From positions 52,844 through 116,843 of the IMG/VR virus record IMGVR_UViG_3300048819_000142: a stretch of DNA of 64,000 bases; one strand, 5' to 3'. This DNA is from a virus. Lineage: Duplodnaviria; Caudoviricetes. Positions within the stretch are counted from its first letter, which is position 1. Each line of letters starts with the position of its first letter. This document shows, in pieces, positions 45,764-54,822 of this stretch. Under the pieces are notes generated by a model. That model saw nothing but the letters and a program-made list of their open reading frames with translations, was not told where the DNA came from and did not search any database. A program made the position numbers and the translations under genes.

Positions 45764-46686
45764 TTCTTCACCTCGGAGTCTGGAATCTGGACCGCGTAAC
45801 CGTGGTCGATTTTTCCGAATTTCTCGTCGCCAATGGCTGTCTGCGGGCGCCAAAACATACCAGAGTACTTACCGAATAACTTGCCACGCCCGAATTGCTC
45901 TCCGTATCGGGCGTAACTCCCTCGGCGTATTTGCAACGCAACCCCTGTCCCATCGCCATCGACCGTTCGCCTTTGCTGCGAATAGCTCTTACCGAAGGGG
46001 TGCACGTTCACAATCGAATAAGCAGCCATCGGCCGCTTGCCTCGTTCAACTCTTCGCTTATTAAGCTTTACGCTCGGCTTGACGTCCACAATCTCGATAT
46101 TCTTGCAATTTGCAAAACTGAACGCCATGAATACCGGGTGGAAGATGTACAAGTTTGAGGCGACGTCTTCATCCGTAGCCCCATTTTTTCCAGGGACAGC
46201 ATAGGAGTTCGAGAGGTTTCCTTGCTCGTCGATGTCGAAGCGAATTTCGAGTCGGCTGTGAAACGAGATGGCCTTGTCGTTGCTCTTGTCGACTATCCAG
46301 ATGCCGCCCCATATTCCCCACTCGCCAACCGTTCCGGGGCGTTTAGGGGACACGATCGTAACACCCTTGACGCCAAGGTCGCTCGTCTTGTCTGAGTCAG
46401 TGAACTCGACCTTATTTGAGACGAAGCAACCAACGTAGGCACGAAACTCCTCACCGCCATCAAGCCGTATCAATCCAGCTTCCTTGGAGTATGTTTCCTT
46501 GGGGTAGCGGTACTCAACCCACATTGAGTCGAATGGCGGCCGGCACAGGGGGAAGTCTTCGCCAATCTTCCAATATTCCTTGTCATGGTGGTAGTAATAG
46601 TCGGCGACGTTAGTTACGTCCATCCGGGGTCCAGCACCCGAAACTACCAACCTCTGCGGCTCTCCCATGGCGTCGTACAGTAGCAT
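45760..46686 (-). CDS. Conserved phage hypothetical protein
   Basis: PPFD..W.E and C-terminal RRG.......G...G..G.FW.P...G motifs; start MLLYDA. Confidence 0.55.
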   Translation of the reverse strand: MLLYDAMGEPQRLVVSGAGPRMDVTNVADYYYHHDKEYWKIGEDFPLCRPPFDSMWVEYRYPKETYSKEAGLIRLDGGEEFRAYVGCFVSNKVEFTDSDKTSDLGVKGVTIVSPKRPGTVGEWGIWGGIWIVDKSNDKAISFHSRLEIRFDIDEQGNLSNSYAVPGKNGATDEDVASNLYIFHPVFMAFSFANCKNIEIVDVKPSVKLNKRRVERGKRPMAAYSIVNVHPFGKSYSQQRRTVDGDGTGVALQIRRGSYARYGEQFGRGKLFGKYSGMFWRPQTAIGDEKFGKIDHGYAVQIPDSEVKK

Positions 46687-47117
46687 TAACTGGGCCTCCG
46701 TATGTTCTTCCTGGATATTGAGTAACCGAGGTGGTCTGTTTCTTCGACCGACATTATTGCCCCAGGCATGACCCACCAGTCATGACCAGCATCCTTGTGC
46801 TGGAAGCCTTCTTCCCGGAGACGGCTTACGAGGACCATCTTCGCCTCATGTGTTTGCATCCTGCAATATCCCGTTTTCACGACCTCGTGGCCAGGGCCAC
46901 TGAGCGTCGTCAACATAAGGTAGCGAATGACAAACGTCTTGATCGGCATCTCTTCGACGTCGTCTAGGTACACGACTAGCTCAGTGCCTTCGTCATCGAG
47001 GCGGCAACCTGCGACATCAACGTCGCCAGACTTGAGTGGCTCCAGGCCTTTTACAACCACCACGTGGCCCTTGTTCGGGCCTGCTTTAATCAGTACTTGA
47101 TCGCCCTTGCTTATCAC
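46686..47117 (-). CDS. Hypothetical protein with N-terminal KOW-like motif
   Basis: GDQV.IKAGP.KG..V.V. Confidence 0.5.
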   Translation of the reverse strand: MISKGDQVLIKAGPNKGHVVVVKGLEPLKSGDVDVAGCRLDDEGTELVVYLDDVEEMPIKTFVIRYLMLTTLSGPGHEVVKTGYCRMQTHEAKMVLVSRLREEGFQHKDAGHDWWVMPGAIMSVEETDHLGYSISRKNIRRPS

Positions 47118-47271
47118 AGACCCTCCAGTCTTTTATCGGTTTATCCGTCACCGTAAAGGCCGATATTCTCGTGACTCGGACCTACGCTGAATCTTTATGG
47201 GAGTGACTCACATGTCGTAAGCCCCTGGCCAGAGGACGACATCGGATGCATAAACCCAGGAGACGCAGAAA

Positions 47272-47765
47272 ACTCCCCAGCCTTTCTGTTGCCAGGACTC
47301 GCCTGTCGGCGAGTGGCCGGGATACCCCGCTGTCCGCTGCTTATTAGGCTGCGGCTGCCATGGCGAAGGCCGGAGCCTGCGCCCTGACGGGCATGACTAC
47401 AAGATTGCTCTTGGCGTCTTTTGTTCACGCTGTTTGGGCCTCGAAGTCGAGCTATATCTCGCAAGCGAGCACGAACTCAACAACACTCAGCCTCGGTAGT
47501 CGTCTACCGCTTGTCTCCACAGTCATTTTCAGCCCCGTCGAAACCGTTCGCCCCCATAAGAAAAGTTATGGTGGAGGCGCCGGCATCCGAGAGCCGGGTC
47601 CGCAACTGATATTTTCTGCTTCAACGACAAGATCAATCTTTTTCTTCGCTCGATAGTCCTGCATAAGACTTGAGTGCGCTGTTCCCTGGACCACTACCCA
47701 GGGATATGAAGGTTCGGAGTTGTCTTTTGCAGACTTGCACTGTTCCGAACCACCCGCCGGGGAAC
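47272..47765 (-). ncRNA. ssrA: Circularly permuted (two-piece) tmRNA; tag (A)AKSNLVVMPVRAQAPAFAMAAAA
   Basis: Acceptor piece ends ...GCCGGCGCCTCCACCA at 47569; 13-nt spacer; coding piece starts GGGGGCGAACGGTTTCGAC at 47555; G3-U70 pair; P2 pairing GACAAG/CTTGTC; tag ORF 47415-47341 ends AAAA then TAA TAA; outer ends approximate. Confidence 0.9.
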
Positions 47766-47787
47766 TGCCAAGTAACCCGACAAACTT

Positions 47788-47864
47788 TGGTTGTCCCGGC
47801 CAGACTCGAACTGGCGACCTCTTGCTTAGGAGGCGAGCGCTCTATCCAGCTGAGCTACGGGACA
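47788..47864 (-). tRNA. tRNA-Arg (CCT)
   Basis: TGTCCCG/CGGGACA acceptor stem, GCTC/GAGC D-arm, CTCCTAA anticodon loop, TTCGAGT T-loop, encoded CCA. Confidence 0.92.
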
Positions 47865-47869
47865 AGAAA

Positions 47870-48169
47870 TCAGGAAGGAATGTCGGAATCGAGCGCCGAG
47901 TCGCGGACCATCTCGAGCCGTTGCAGTGGCCCGGCTTCCAGAAACTGGACCAGGGTCTCTACGGATGAAAAGCGGAAGAGGTTGTTGGTCCTCGACTCCT
48001 CGCCGGCGTTGCTGGTGATCAGGTAACCAGAGCCCTCAGCTTCCAGAACGAGATCGATGTGATTGCCGCTCCCAGGAACGACCATGTCCTCGTTGAACTT
48101 TTTGAGAAGGCGAAGAACTTTCTGATTCGCGTTCTCGGCGTACGACCTCTTGGGTGCTACCGTTGCCAT
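47870..48169 (-). CDS. Hypothetical protein
   Basis: AAGGAG RBS before MATVAP. Confidence 0.6.
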   Translation of the reverse strand: MATVAPKRSYAENANQKVLRLLKKFNEDMVVPGSGNHIDLVLEAEGSGYLITSNAGEESRTNNLFRFSSVETLVQFLEAGPLQRLEMVRDSALDSDIPS

Positions 48170-48210
48170 ATGTTTCTCCTTAAATTAGAGGGACCCCGTA
48201 ATCTCTTCCT

Positions 48211-48380
48211 GACTCCAGGACCTGGGCTCAGCACTTCAACTACAGAAACTAACACCAGACGAACCTTATACCCTGCCACATGCCTTGGTTCGTATAACGC
48301 AGGTGCTGGCCGTTCACGGAGACTCATCGCCTCCCAACGACTTTTCCTAGTTCAAGTGCTTGAGCCCAGGACCTATAGTC
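48211..48380. ncRNA. Candidate structured RNA (long closing stem, internal crossing helices)
   Basis: CCTGGGCTCAGCACTTCAACTA pairs with TAGTTCAAGTGCTTGAGCCCAGG; intergenic. Confidence 0.5.
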
Positions 48381-48836
48381 TGGATTTCAAGAAGTTGCAG
48401 TGGGGTAGTCTCTGGGCTCTTCCCGCTGGTTAACGGGCTGCTACGGCCTGCTCGCTATGCCGCTGTCGCTAGTGCTTACGTACTTGGCTCGGCTTGCTCC
48501 GGTTTCACTACCATATCGCTCCCCACCAAACGCCGCCAGGACCATGCACGGTCCTTTAGCTACAGAACGGGTCACCAACCCGAGTTGTGGCGGCCAAAGC
48601 TTGAAACACGGGGTCCAGTGCCCCGAGGATGCCAACCCTGACGTATCCCGCCGACAATTCCGACAATGATCATCAGGGCTGGCAACCAGTAGTCGCTGAT
48701 CCACTCCCACGGATGCTTGAGGAAGTCCAACCAACAACCGATAGCAAACGCGAAGCCAACCACTGAGAATACAAAGACAGCGTGGATGAGCCCCGCGAAC
48801 ACCCCAGTTCTCGCCGCATGGTGTCCATGCATGGAC

Positions 48837-49487
48837 TTACGAGGTCTTGATCAGACCGGCGCCAATGAGACGCCCCTTGTAGTACTGAAGAATGCGGAGC
48901 GGATCCTGCTTCGTCCGCAAACGCGCGGAGACTTCGGGGATTTTCAACTTCGCGTTCAGGTCGGCGCCGCTGAATTTCGTGTCCTTCTTCTCGGCGGCCA
49001 GTTCAGTCATGATGAGCACCAACTCACGAGCCTGGGGCGCCAGTCCCTGCAGGACTTTCGCAGTCTCGGGAGGAGAGAGGAGCTCGAACATTTCGTCGGA
49101 CTTGCGAGCAAATTTCTCGCCCGTGCCCTTCGAAGCTTTTGCCTCGCCCTTGCCAGCCACTACGGGCTCGGCCTTGGGAGCACTGGGATCGAAGATGGGC
49201 ATCTTCCCAACCTGGTATGTCAGGCTGTCCAGCGCAATCTTCGCCGATTTGAAGTTCTTGGGGCTGACTCCGGCGACAAATGAGTAAATCTCGCCAAGCT
49301 GTTCCTTGGTCATCGCGGAAGCTGACGCCAGCGTGATGGCGGCCTCAGCGTCTGCTGGGACTTCCTCCACGGTCTGGAATCGGAGGAATTTTCCTCCCAG
49401 TTTGGCGACGACGAAGTCCGTGATTTGGACCACGTTGCTGCTTCCTTTGCTGCTTGTTGATGCTGCGTCTTTTGTGCCTGTGCTCAT
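48837..49487 (-). CDS. Winged-helix-like paralogue family member 6
   Basis: LAPQARELV...RTKQDPLRILQYYKGRLIGAGLI. Confidence 0.65.
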   Translation of the reverse strand: MSTGTKDAASTSSKGSSNVVQITDFVVAKLGGKFLRFQTVEEVPADAEAAITLASASAMTKEQLGEIYSFVAGVSPKNFKSAKIALDSLTYQVGKMPIFDPSAPKAEPVVAGKGEAKASKGTGEKFARKSDEMFELLSPPETAKVLQGLAPQARELVLIMTELAAEKKDTKFSGADLNAKLKIPEVSARLRTKQDPLRILQYYKGRLIGAGLIKTS

Positions 49488-49589
49488 TCAAGCTTCACCT
49501 TTCCCCTCTGAGTTCACCAGCTTGAGCTGGGTTTTGCGGACTTAGGACACGCCAATGGTCTCATTCTTTTTACTGACTCACACATATTC

Positions 49590-49620
49590 ATTGTACTACA
49601 GTATTGTTCGCAGATATCGG
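49590..49620 (-). promoter_or_regulatory. Phage CCG-N22-(-10) promoter
   Basis: CCGATATCTGCGAACAATACTGTAG-TACAAT. Confidence 0.7.
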
Positions 49621-50847
49621 AAAATGAGTCGGAGTCAGTCTACGACTGTTCCACAATTTTTCGATTCCACCAGTTAACGAATTTCATCCACTTCTCGTCG
49701 AACCAGCCAATTCGCATAATGAAGACGCGATTGGTGTCAAAGACCTGGATGATCTTGTACGGTCTCCCGTTAGCATACACCAGCTCACCGAGCGCCATCC
49801 CATGGTTCGGGACAGTGAGCTCAGCGGTCTCGCGAAGCCCCTGTACAGGGGGTTGCCATGAACCGTCGTGTTTCAGGCTCTCAACGTCGCAGTTGGGAAT
49901 GTTAGCAAGGTAGCATCTACCGCATTTCGGTTTTCCGCCATCATCGAGCATCATGCTCGCGAAAGGAAATTCGACCTTGCAATCAGCGCAAGTGAACTTC
50001 AGCTCAGTTTCCGTGTTCGATTTGCCTATCGCCTGCATCCAACACCTCCCATCCACCAGAATTGATTATGGTCTCAGGACCGAAAGCTTGAATCAGCTCC
50101 TCGATCACGAATTCCTTGACGAGTTCGGCCTCTTCACTAGGCGAGAGAGGTTCTTCACTCCTCGCAATGACCCTCGTGACCCGAATACCCATCGAAAGGG
50201 CAACCTTGTGCGGTGCCCCGACCTCGTCGGCAGGGTCTGCTGACTGGTCGATATCGACCGAGTCCATCACGAACTCGGGATGCTTATCCAGGTAATCCTG
50301 GGCCTTCTTGGGGCTAACGAATCCCGTCTGGAGCATCCCTTCCTTGTTAAGAATGATCAGCACTCTCATGGTTTCTCCTCCTTCCAGTCGTCGAGGTTCC
50401 CACGTATCAGGAAGTGAACAAAGCTCCTGACAACACACCACGCGACCGAGATTTTACGGCGCCAGGGAAGATTAGGCTCGCCTGAGTTGCGAGCGGCGTC
50501 ACATAGCTTCTGCCAACAACGCTGTTTTCGTGCAGCCATATTAGCTTTCCCTTCGCATCGAGCCAGCGCCCCTTAATCTGGACCCTCAAAACTTTTGCCT
50601 GAAAGCGACCTGAGCCAGTTGACACGGTCTCAGCTTCCAGGACTTTGAAGTTTCCCACCCCGTCCAGGAAGGCTGGGTACTTGAGCGACACTATTGCATT
50701 TTGCTTCACAGTCATTAGTCTTCCTTTCCACGTATTTAAAGCACGATTTGCGAATTGAACGGTGGCTGCATTTCTATCAGAATCTCGCACTCGCGTTCGA
50801 GAAGTGAAGCTACTTTATAGAGCTGCTTCTCGCACCTTTTGGCGGAT

Positions 50848-51498
50848 TTAAGGGTTTCTACCACGTGTGTCAGAACTTCGACCACGGTCACTTGATCGGT
50901 CAGGCTCTTCACACCTAGTCTTCCTTTCCACGTACTTGAAGCACGCTGGGTTGGTGCAGCCTTTCGAGCTGTTGTGCGTGATCGCGTCGCACGCCCACCT
51001 GCCAGAATCAAGGTGGTGCTTAACGATCTCGTAGCCAGGATAACCAGGCCACATTTTCTGATAACTTGCATAGTATAGCTTAAGGTTGCTGCCAACAAAT
51101 GCTAGTTCCCTAGAACAGAACTTGGTGCTACTTTTCCATGGCTGCTCTGCCCCAAAGCAGAACAATAGCGCGCCAATCGACATCGATTTTTCAAGTAAGT
51201 CTCCATTTCCTTCTGAAAAGAAGTAATCAACAGAAGGAGGCATCGGCCCTCCAGGAATTTTGCTTACTCCCAAGATGTTTAGCGCTACTACTATTCGTAC
51301 GCCAGGCACTATGGCGCTGATAGCATTTCCCTTTTCTGGGCGGGTAGTCATGTCAAACGAGTCTTGTACGGCTGCTAGCAGGGGTTCCACGAATTCATCA
51401 AGGTTCAAGCGAAACAGCTCGTTTGCTACAGCCGTAATCACAAAGTCGTCAACGTTTGCTTCCCCTCCATGGTAACCGATAACCACGACCTTGGTCAT
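50848..51498 (-). CDS. Hypothetical protein
   Basis: Long packed ORF. Confidence 0.5.
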   Translation of the reverse strand: MTKVVVIGYHGGEANVDDFVITAVANELFRLNLDEFVEPLLAAVQDSFDMTTRPEKGNAISAIVPGVRIVVALNILGVSKIPGGPMPPSVDYFFSEGNGDLLEKSMSIGALLFCFGAEQPWKSSTKFCSRELAFVGSNLKLYYASYQKMWPGYPGYEIVKHHLDSGRWACDAITHNSSKGCTNPACFKYVERKTRCEEPDRSSDRGRSSDTRGRNP

Positions 51499-51695
51499 TT
51501 TTTCCTCGATTCTATAGCGTTAAAGAGCCTCCTGACAGTGTAATGTCGGATCGCGCTGGAGATCGTAAAGACCAGGATAAAACCCACAGCCTGCTTGTTG
51601 CTGAGATTGACATGAAATAGGAAGGGAATCACGTATCGGTAGATTGCCCAAGTCATGACATAACTCACAACGAGGGATTCCCATTTCTTTTGCAC
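51495..51695 (-). CDS. Small two-TM membrane protein
   Basis: Two hydrophobic helices; FT..S..R.Y.VRRLFN motif. Confidence 0.6.
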   Translation of the reverse strand: MQKKWESLVVSYVMTWAIYRYVIPFLFHVNLSNKQAVGFILVFTISSAIRHYTVRRLFNAIESRKK

Positions 51696-52881
51696 GTTTA
51701 GCCCTCCACAGGTTCTACCGAGACCTTGTACAGCTTCTTCATATCATGGAAGTCGGGGTCGTAACCCCTCCTTGCCTTGTCCACGTCGACATACTCGGTA
51801 TCAGCCGAGTTGCCAAGAATTTCGAGGGCGTTGTCGGAATCCGTCGCCCAGACGTACAACACTTGACCAGTGTCGGTCGGTCCGTTGATAAATGGCATGT
51901 GTTACCTTAAAGGCCGGAACGGCTGTTTTCTAAGGTGGTCCGCAACAGCTTCCACGATGACTTCAACAGCCAAAGCCTTTTGCGACTGCGACATCCCACC
52001 AAAAGGATTTGCCTCCGTGTTTATCGCGATCGTCACTTGCGGTGGCTTCCACCCGAGCTGTTCCAACAGTTCGAGGATCGGGTTTGTCCAGTTGATTAAC
52101 CCGTTCCACTTCAGGTAGTAGTCGAAGAACTCTCTCGGTGTTAACTCACTGAGATCTTGCATAGGGCCAACACTAGTCTTCGACCTTACGTCATTATCCT
52201 CAACGTATGATTCAACGTCGGACTGAAATGTCTGATCGATCTTATAAAGCCCTTCAAAACCGATCGGTTCCATCGATGTACCTCCATTGGGTAGCTCAAG
52301 CCGAGGACGGGTCCGGTGGCACCTGGCCCGTCAAGCTGGAGGGCCTTGGCTCGCGACTTGAGCTACCTAATCGAGGTCCCAGCCCTTGCGGGCTGGGCTC
52401 GATGCCTGACTTACTGAACGATGGGCTCGATGCCTGACTTACCTCCTGCGTAGTGCTCGACCAGGCGGGACGCCGTGTCGGGATCCGCCGGCTTGAGCTG
52501 GATGATGGTGTCCAGGCGACTTGGCCCTCCATGTTCGAATTTTACTGCAACAACTTACTGCCACCGGGCATTGCCGACAGCAGCATAGAAAGAACTGCCG
52601 CCACCTTTGCTCTGCTCGCCGATGTCGAGACAGGAGGACGTCGCTGGCCACAGTGCGGACACCGTGGGAACGCTTCCTTCTCCTCGCCACCGAGACTTTG
52701 TATGACCCCTCGAACAATGCTTTGCCCAATCTTTTCGTCGTTTCCTCCGAAATTCATGAACTGCTTGCCCAAGGGAATCAGCGCCACTGCGGGGACGTTA
52801 TAGTACCGCTGTCGATTGAACGCCCTGCCAGCAGACGAAAGTAATGCGTGGGATTCCTTTTGCATGGAACCTCCTTCCTAC

Positions 52882-53265
52882 TCAGCCCTTAACGGGCTGA
52901 ATCTTGGCGTTCAGTTCGTCAGCCTTGGACGGGTCACTGTAGCTAAAGCTACCTTTCGCCATGCGAGTGATCGCATCCATGGTTCCGACGTATTCGACGG
53001 TAAGCGCGTTACCGACCTCAGCCACGATCTTGTGCCGAATATCAGCGCCGTTCAAGAAACCCTGAAAATAGGTTTCATCGAGTTCAGCCGTATCCAGCGT
53101 GATAGAGTAGAGTGCCTCTGCTGTTGCCACCGCGGGCACTTCCGCCAATTCGGGCGGATCCTCGATCTTTGACACAAGCTCATCCAGCTGAGCGTCAGTC
53201 ATGCTTCCGACGAGACTGAGTAACTTGTCAGACAGCTGTTCCCGATCATACTCGAATTCTGCCAT
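52882..53265 (-). CDS. Hypothetical protein
   Basis: AAAGGTGG RBS; upstream promoter motif. Confidence 0.6.
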   Translation of the reverse strand: MAEFEYDREQLSDKLLSLVGSMTDAQLDELVSKIEDPPELAEVPAVATAEALYSITLDTAELDETYFQGFLNGADIRHKIVAEVGNALTVEYVGTMDAITRMAKGSFSYSDPSKADELNAKIQPVKG

Positions 53266-53314
53266 TCGTTGCCACCTTTGGTAAAATTATGAGGTATGAA
53301 ACCCCACAAGCACC

Positions 53315-53345
53315 ATTATAATGCAGAATAATGCGGGCTAATCAG
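53315..53345 (-). promoter_or_regulatory. Phage C(C/T)G-N22-(-10) promoter
   Basis: CTGATTAGCCCGCATTATTCTGCAT-TATAAT; shares CCCGCATTATTCTG with the 8477 promoter. Confidence 0.7.
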
Positions 53346-54010
53346 GATAACTGCGGATCAGAAGAACTTAAACATCCCAACGACCTCGGCGTCGGGCGGG
53401 AGTTTTCTGAGTTCGGCGATGAGGGAGCTTACGGTCACAGCATTCCCTGCGACCGACAATAGTCCATCCATGCATTCAGAACGTCCGATGCCAAGTCACG
53501 ATCCGACTGCTTCAACAGGTCGGCTTTATCGTAAGTGCCTTCACCAGCCCAGTCCGCTTCGTTGGCACACCATTCCCGCTGTTTGGCAGTCATTGGACCG
53601 TTCAACCAAGTCCGCGCCTTAATGTTGCGGAGAGCACGCTCTGTTATCGGGCAGGCGCAACCGTCACAGTCAGGATTGCACACGCACTGCGAGTCAGGGA
53701 AAATAGATTCCCTATCGAGCTTCATTCGGCGGTTTCCCTCGATAAATTCAGCCATGTTACTCTCCTAAGGTGTCTACGTCGACGAACTCGACTTGGTTGA
53801 GGCGTTGCGCTACTTGACCGACAGCAAAGTCGTTTCGGTGCGCATCCCAGAACCCACGACACACAGCATCCTCGCTGTGGTGGCAGATACGATATGTCCT
53901 GAAGTGCCCACGCATGTGCGGGTCCCTTACTTGGTCGAGGAGCTTCTTTAGATCCAGCGGCGACCTGCCATATATGCAGGTCTCGCACTTCTTTTCCTGG
54001 ACCTTGAGGC

Positions 54011-54220
54011 TCATTTCTTCTTATCCCTGAGAAGTATGGGGAGATATTCCAGATCCTGCCCAAGAAGGGTCTGCAAATCATGAAATTGCTTGGCTGGGAT
54101 GATCGCCGCGAGTGGCTCGGTATTTCTGCCGCTCACGATCCACGTCGGCTCTGAGAACTTCTCAGTGACGTAACGGGCCGACATGTAGGACCGCAACTTC
54201 GAGACAGATATTCCCTTCAT
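54011..54220 (-). CDS. Small protein, possibly Phd/YefM-like DNA-binding domain
   Basis: I.VSKLR...EP..I..R..P.AAIIP..F pattern. Confidence 0.4.
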   Translation of the reverse strand: MKGISVSKLRSYMSARYVTEKFSEPTWIVSGRNTEPLAAIIPAKQFHDLQTLLGQDLEYLPILLRDKKK

Positions 54221-54822
54221 CGGCCCCTCACTTTCCCTCGAACAGATTCGAGGTAAGGAAGCTGATCAACCTTGGCCATGTTCAGCCGAGTGATGGCTGA
54301 TGGCAGCTCCTTGGATACCCGCATATACTCAACAGATGTAATCCACTTTTCGTAGGGCATGCTCCCACGTAACTTGTTGCATCGGCGACAAGCTGTGATG
54401 AGGTTCTCCTCAACGCTCTGTCCACCGACCTCCCAAAGGTCGACGTGGTCGACGGTCAGGGGGACGTCGTCGCGGCCACAGTAGCGGCACGTGTAGCTGT
54501 CACGCCTGTAAACGTTCCACGAAATGCTCTGGTCAATCTGACGTTGACTTTTGCGGAGAACAGTCTTGTCCGGACCCTGGACGTCGAGGACGTCGGTCTG
54601 ACGGAAGAAAGTGTTCAGCTCATCGGCGCTCAGGCGCAGGAGCATAGCCTGCTTACCAGCAAATATCATGTCGGAGTGGACATCGCGCAAGTCCTGGGGA
54701 TCCTCATCAGGCATGGGGATGACGTACAGTCTTCCCTTGTCGCTGTAGACGGCACCGTACAGCTGTATGTCGTGACCTACCTTAAGTATGTCAATGTCCT
54801 TGATTCCGATTTCACGAAGCAT
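54217..54822 (-). CDS. HNH endonuclease
   Basis: RRD.YTCRYCG, LTVDHV, GG....NL.TAC..CN..RG; start MLREIG. Confidence 0.85.
   Translation of the reverse strand: MLREIGIKDIDILKVGHDIQLYGAVYSDKGRLYVIPMPDEDPQDLRDVHSDMIFAGKQAMLLRLSADELNTFFRQTDVLDVQGPDKTVLRKSQRQIDQSISWNVYRRDSYTCRYCGRDDVPLTVDHVDLWEVGGQSVEENLITACRRCNKLRGSMPYEKWITSVEYMRVSKELPSAITRLNMAKVDQLPYLESVRGKVRGR

Noticed and set aside
47195-47656. ORFs 47195-47464 (-) and 47360-47656 (+)
   Set aside because: They overlap the tmRNA, which explains the sequence
48310-48345. Hammerhead ribozyme suggested by GATGAG on the minus strand
   Set aside because: Lacks the full CUGAUGA core and a correctly placed GAAA
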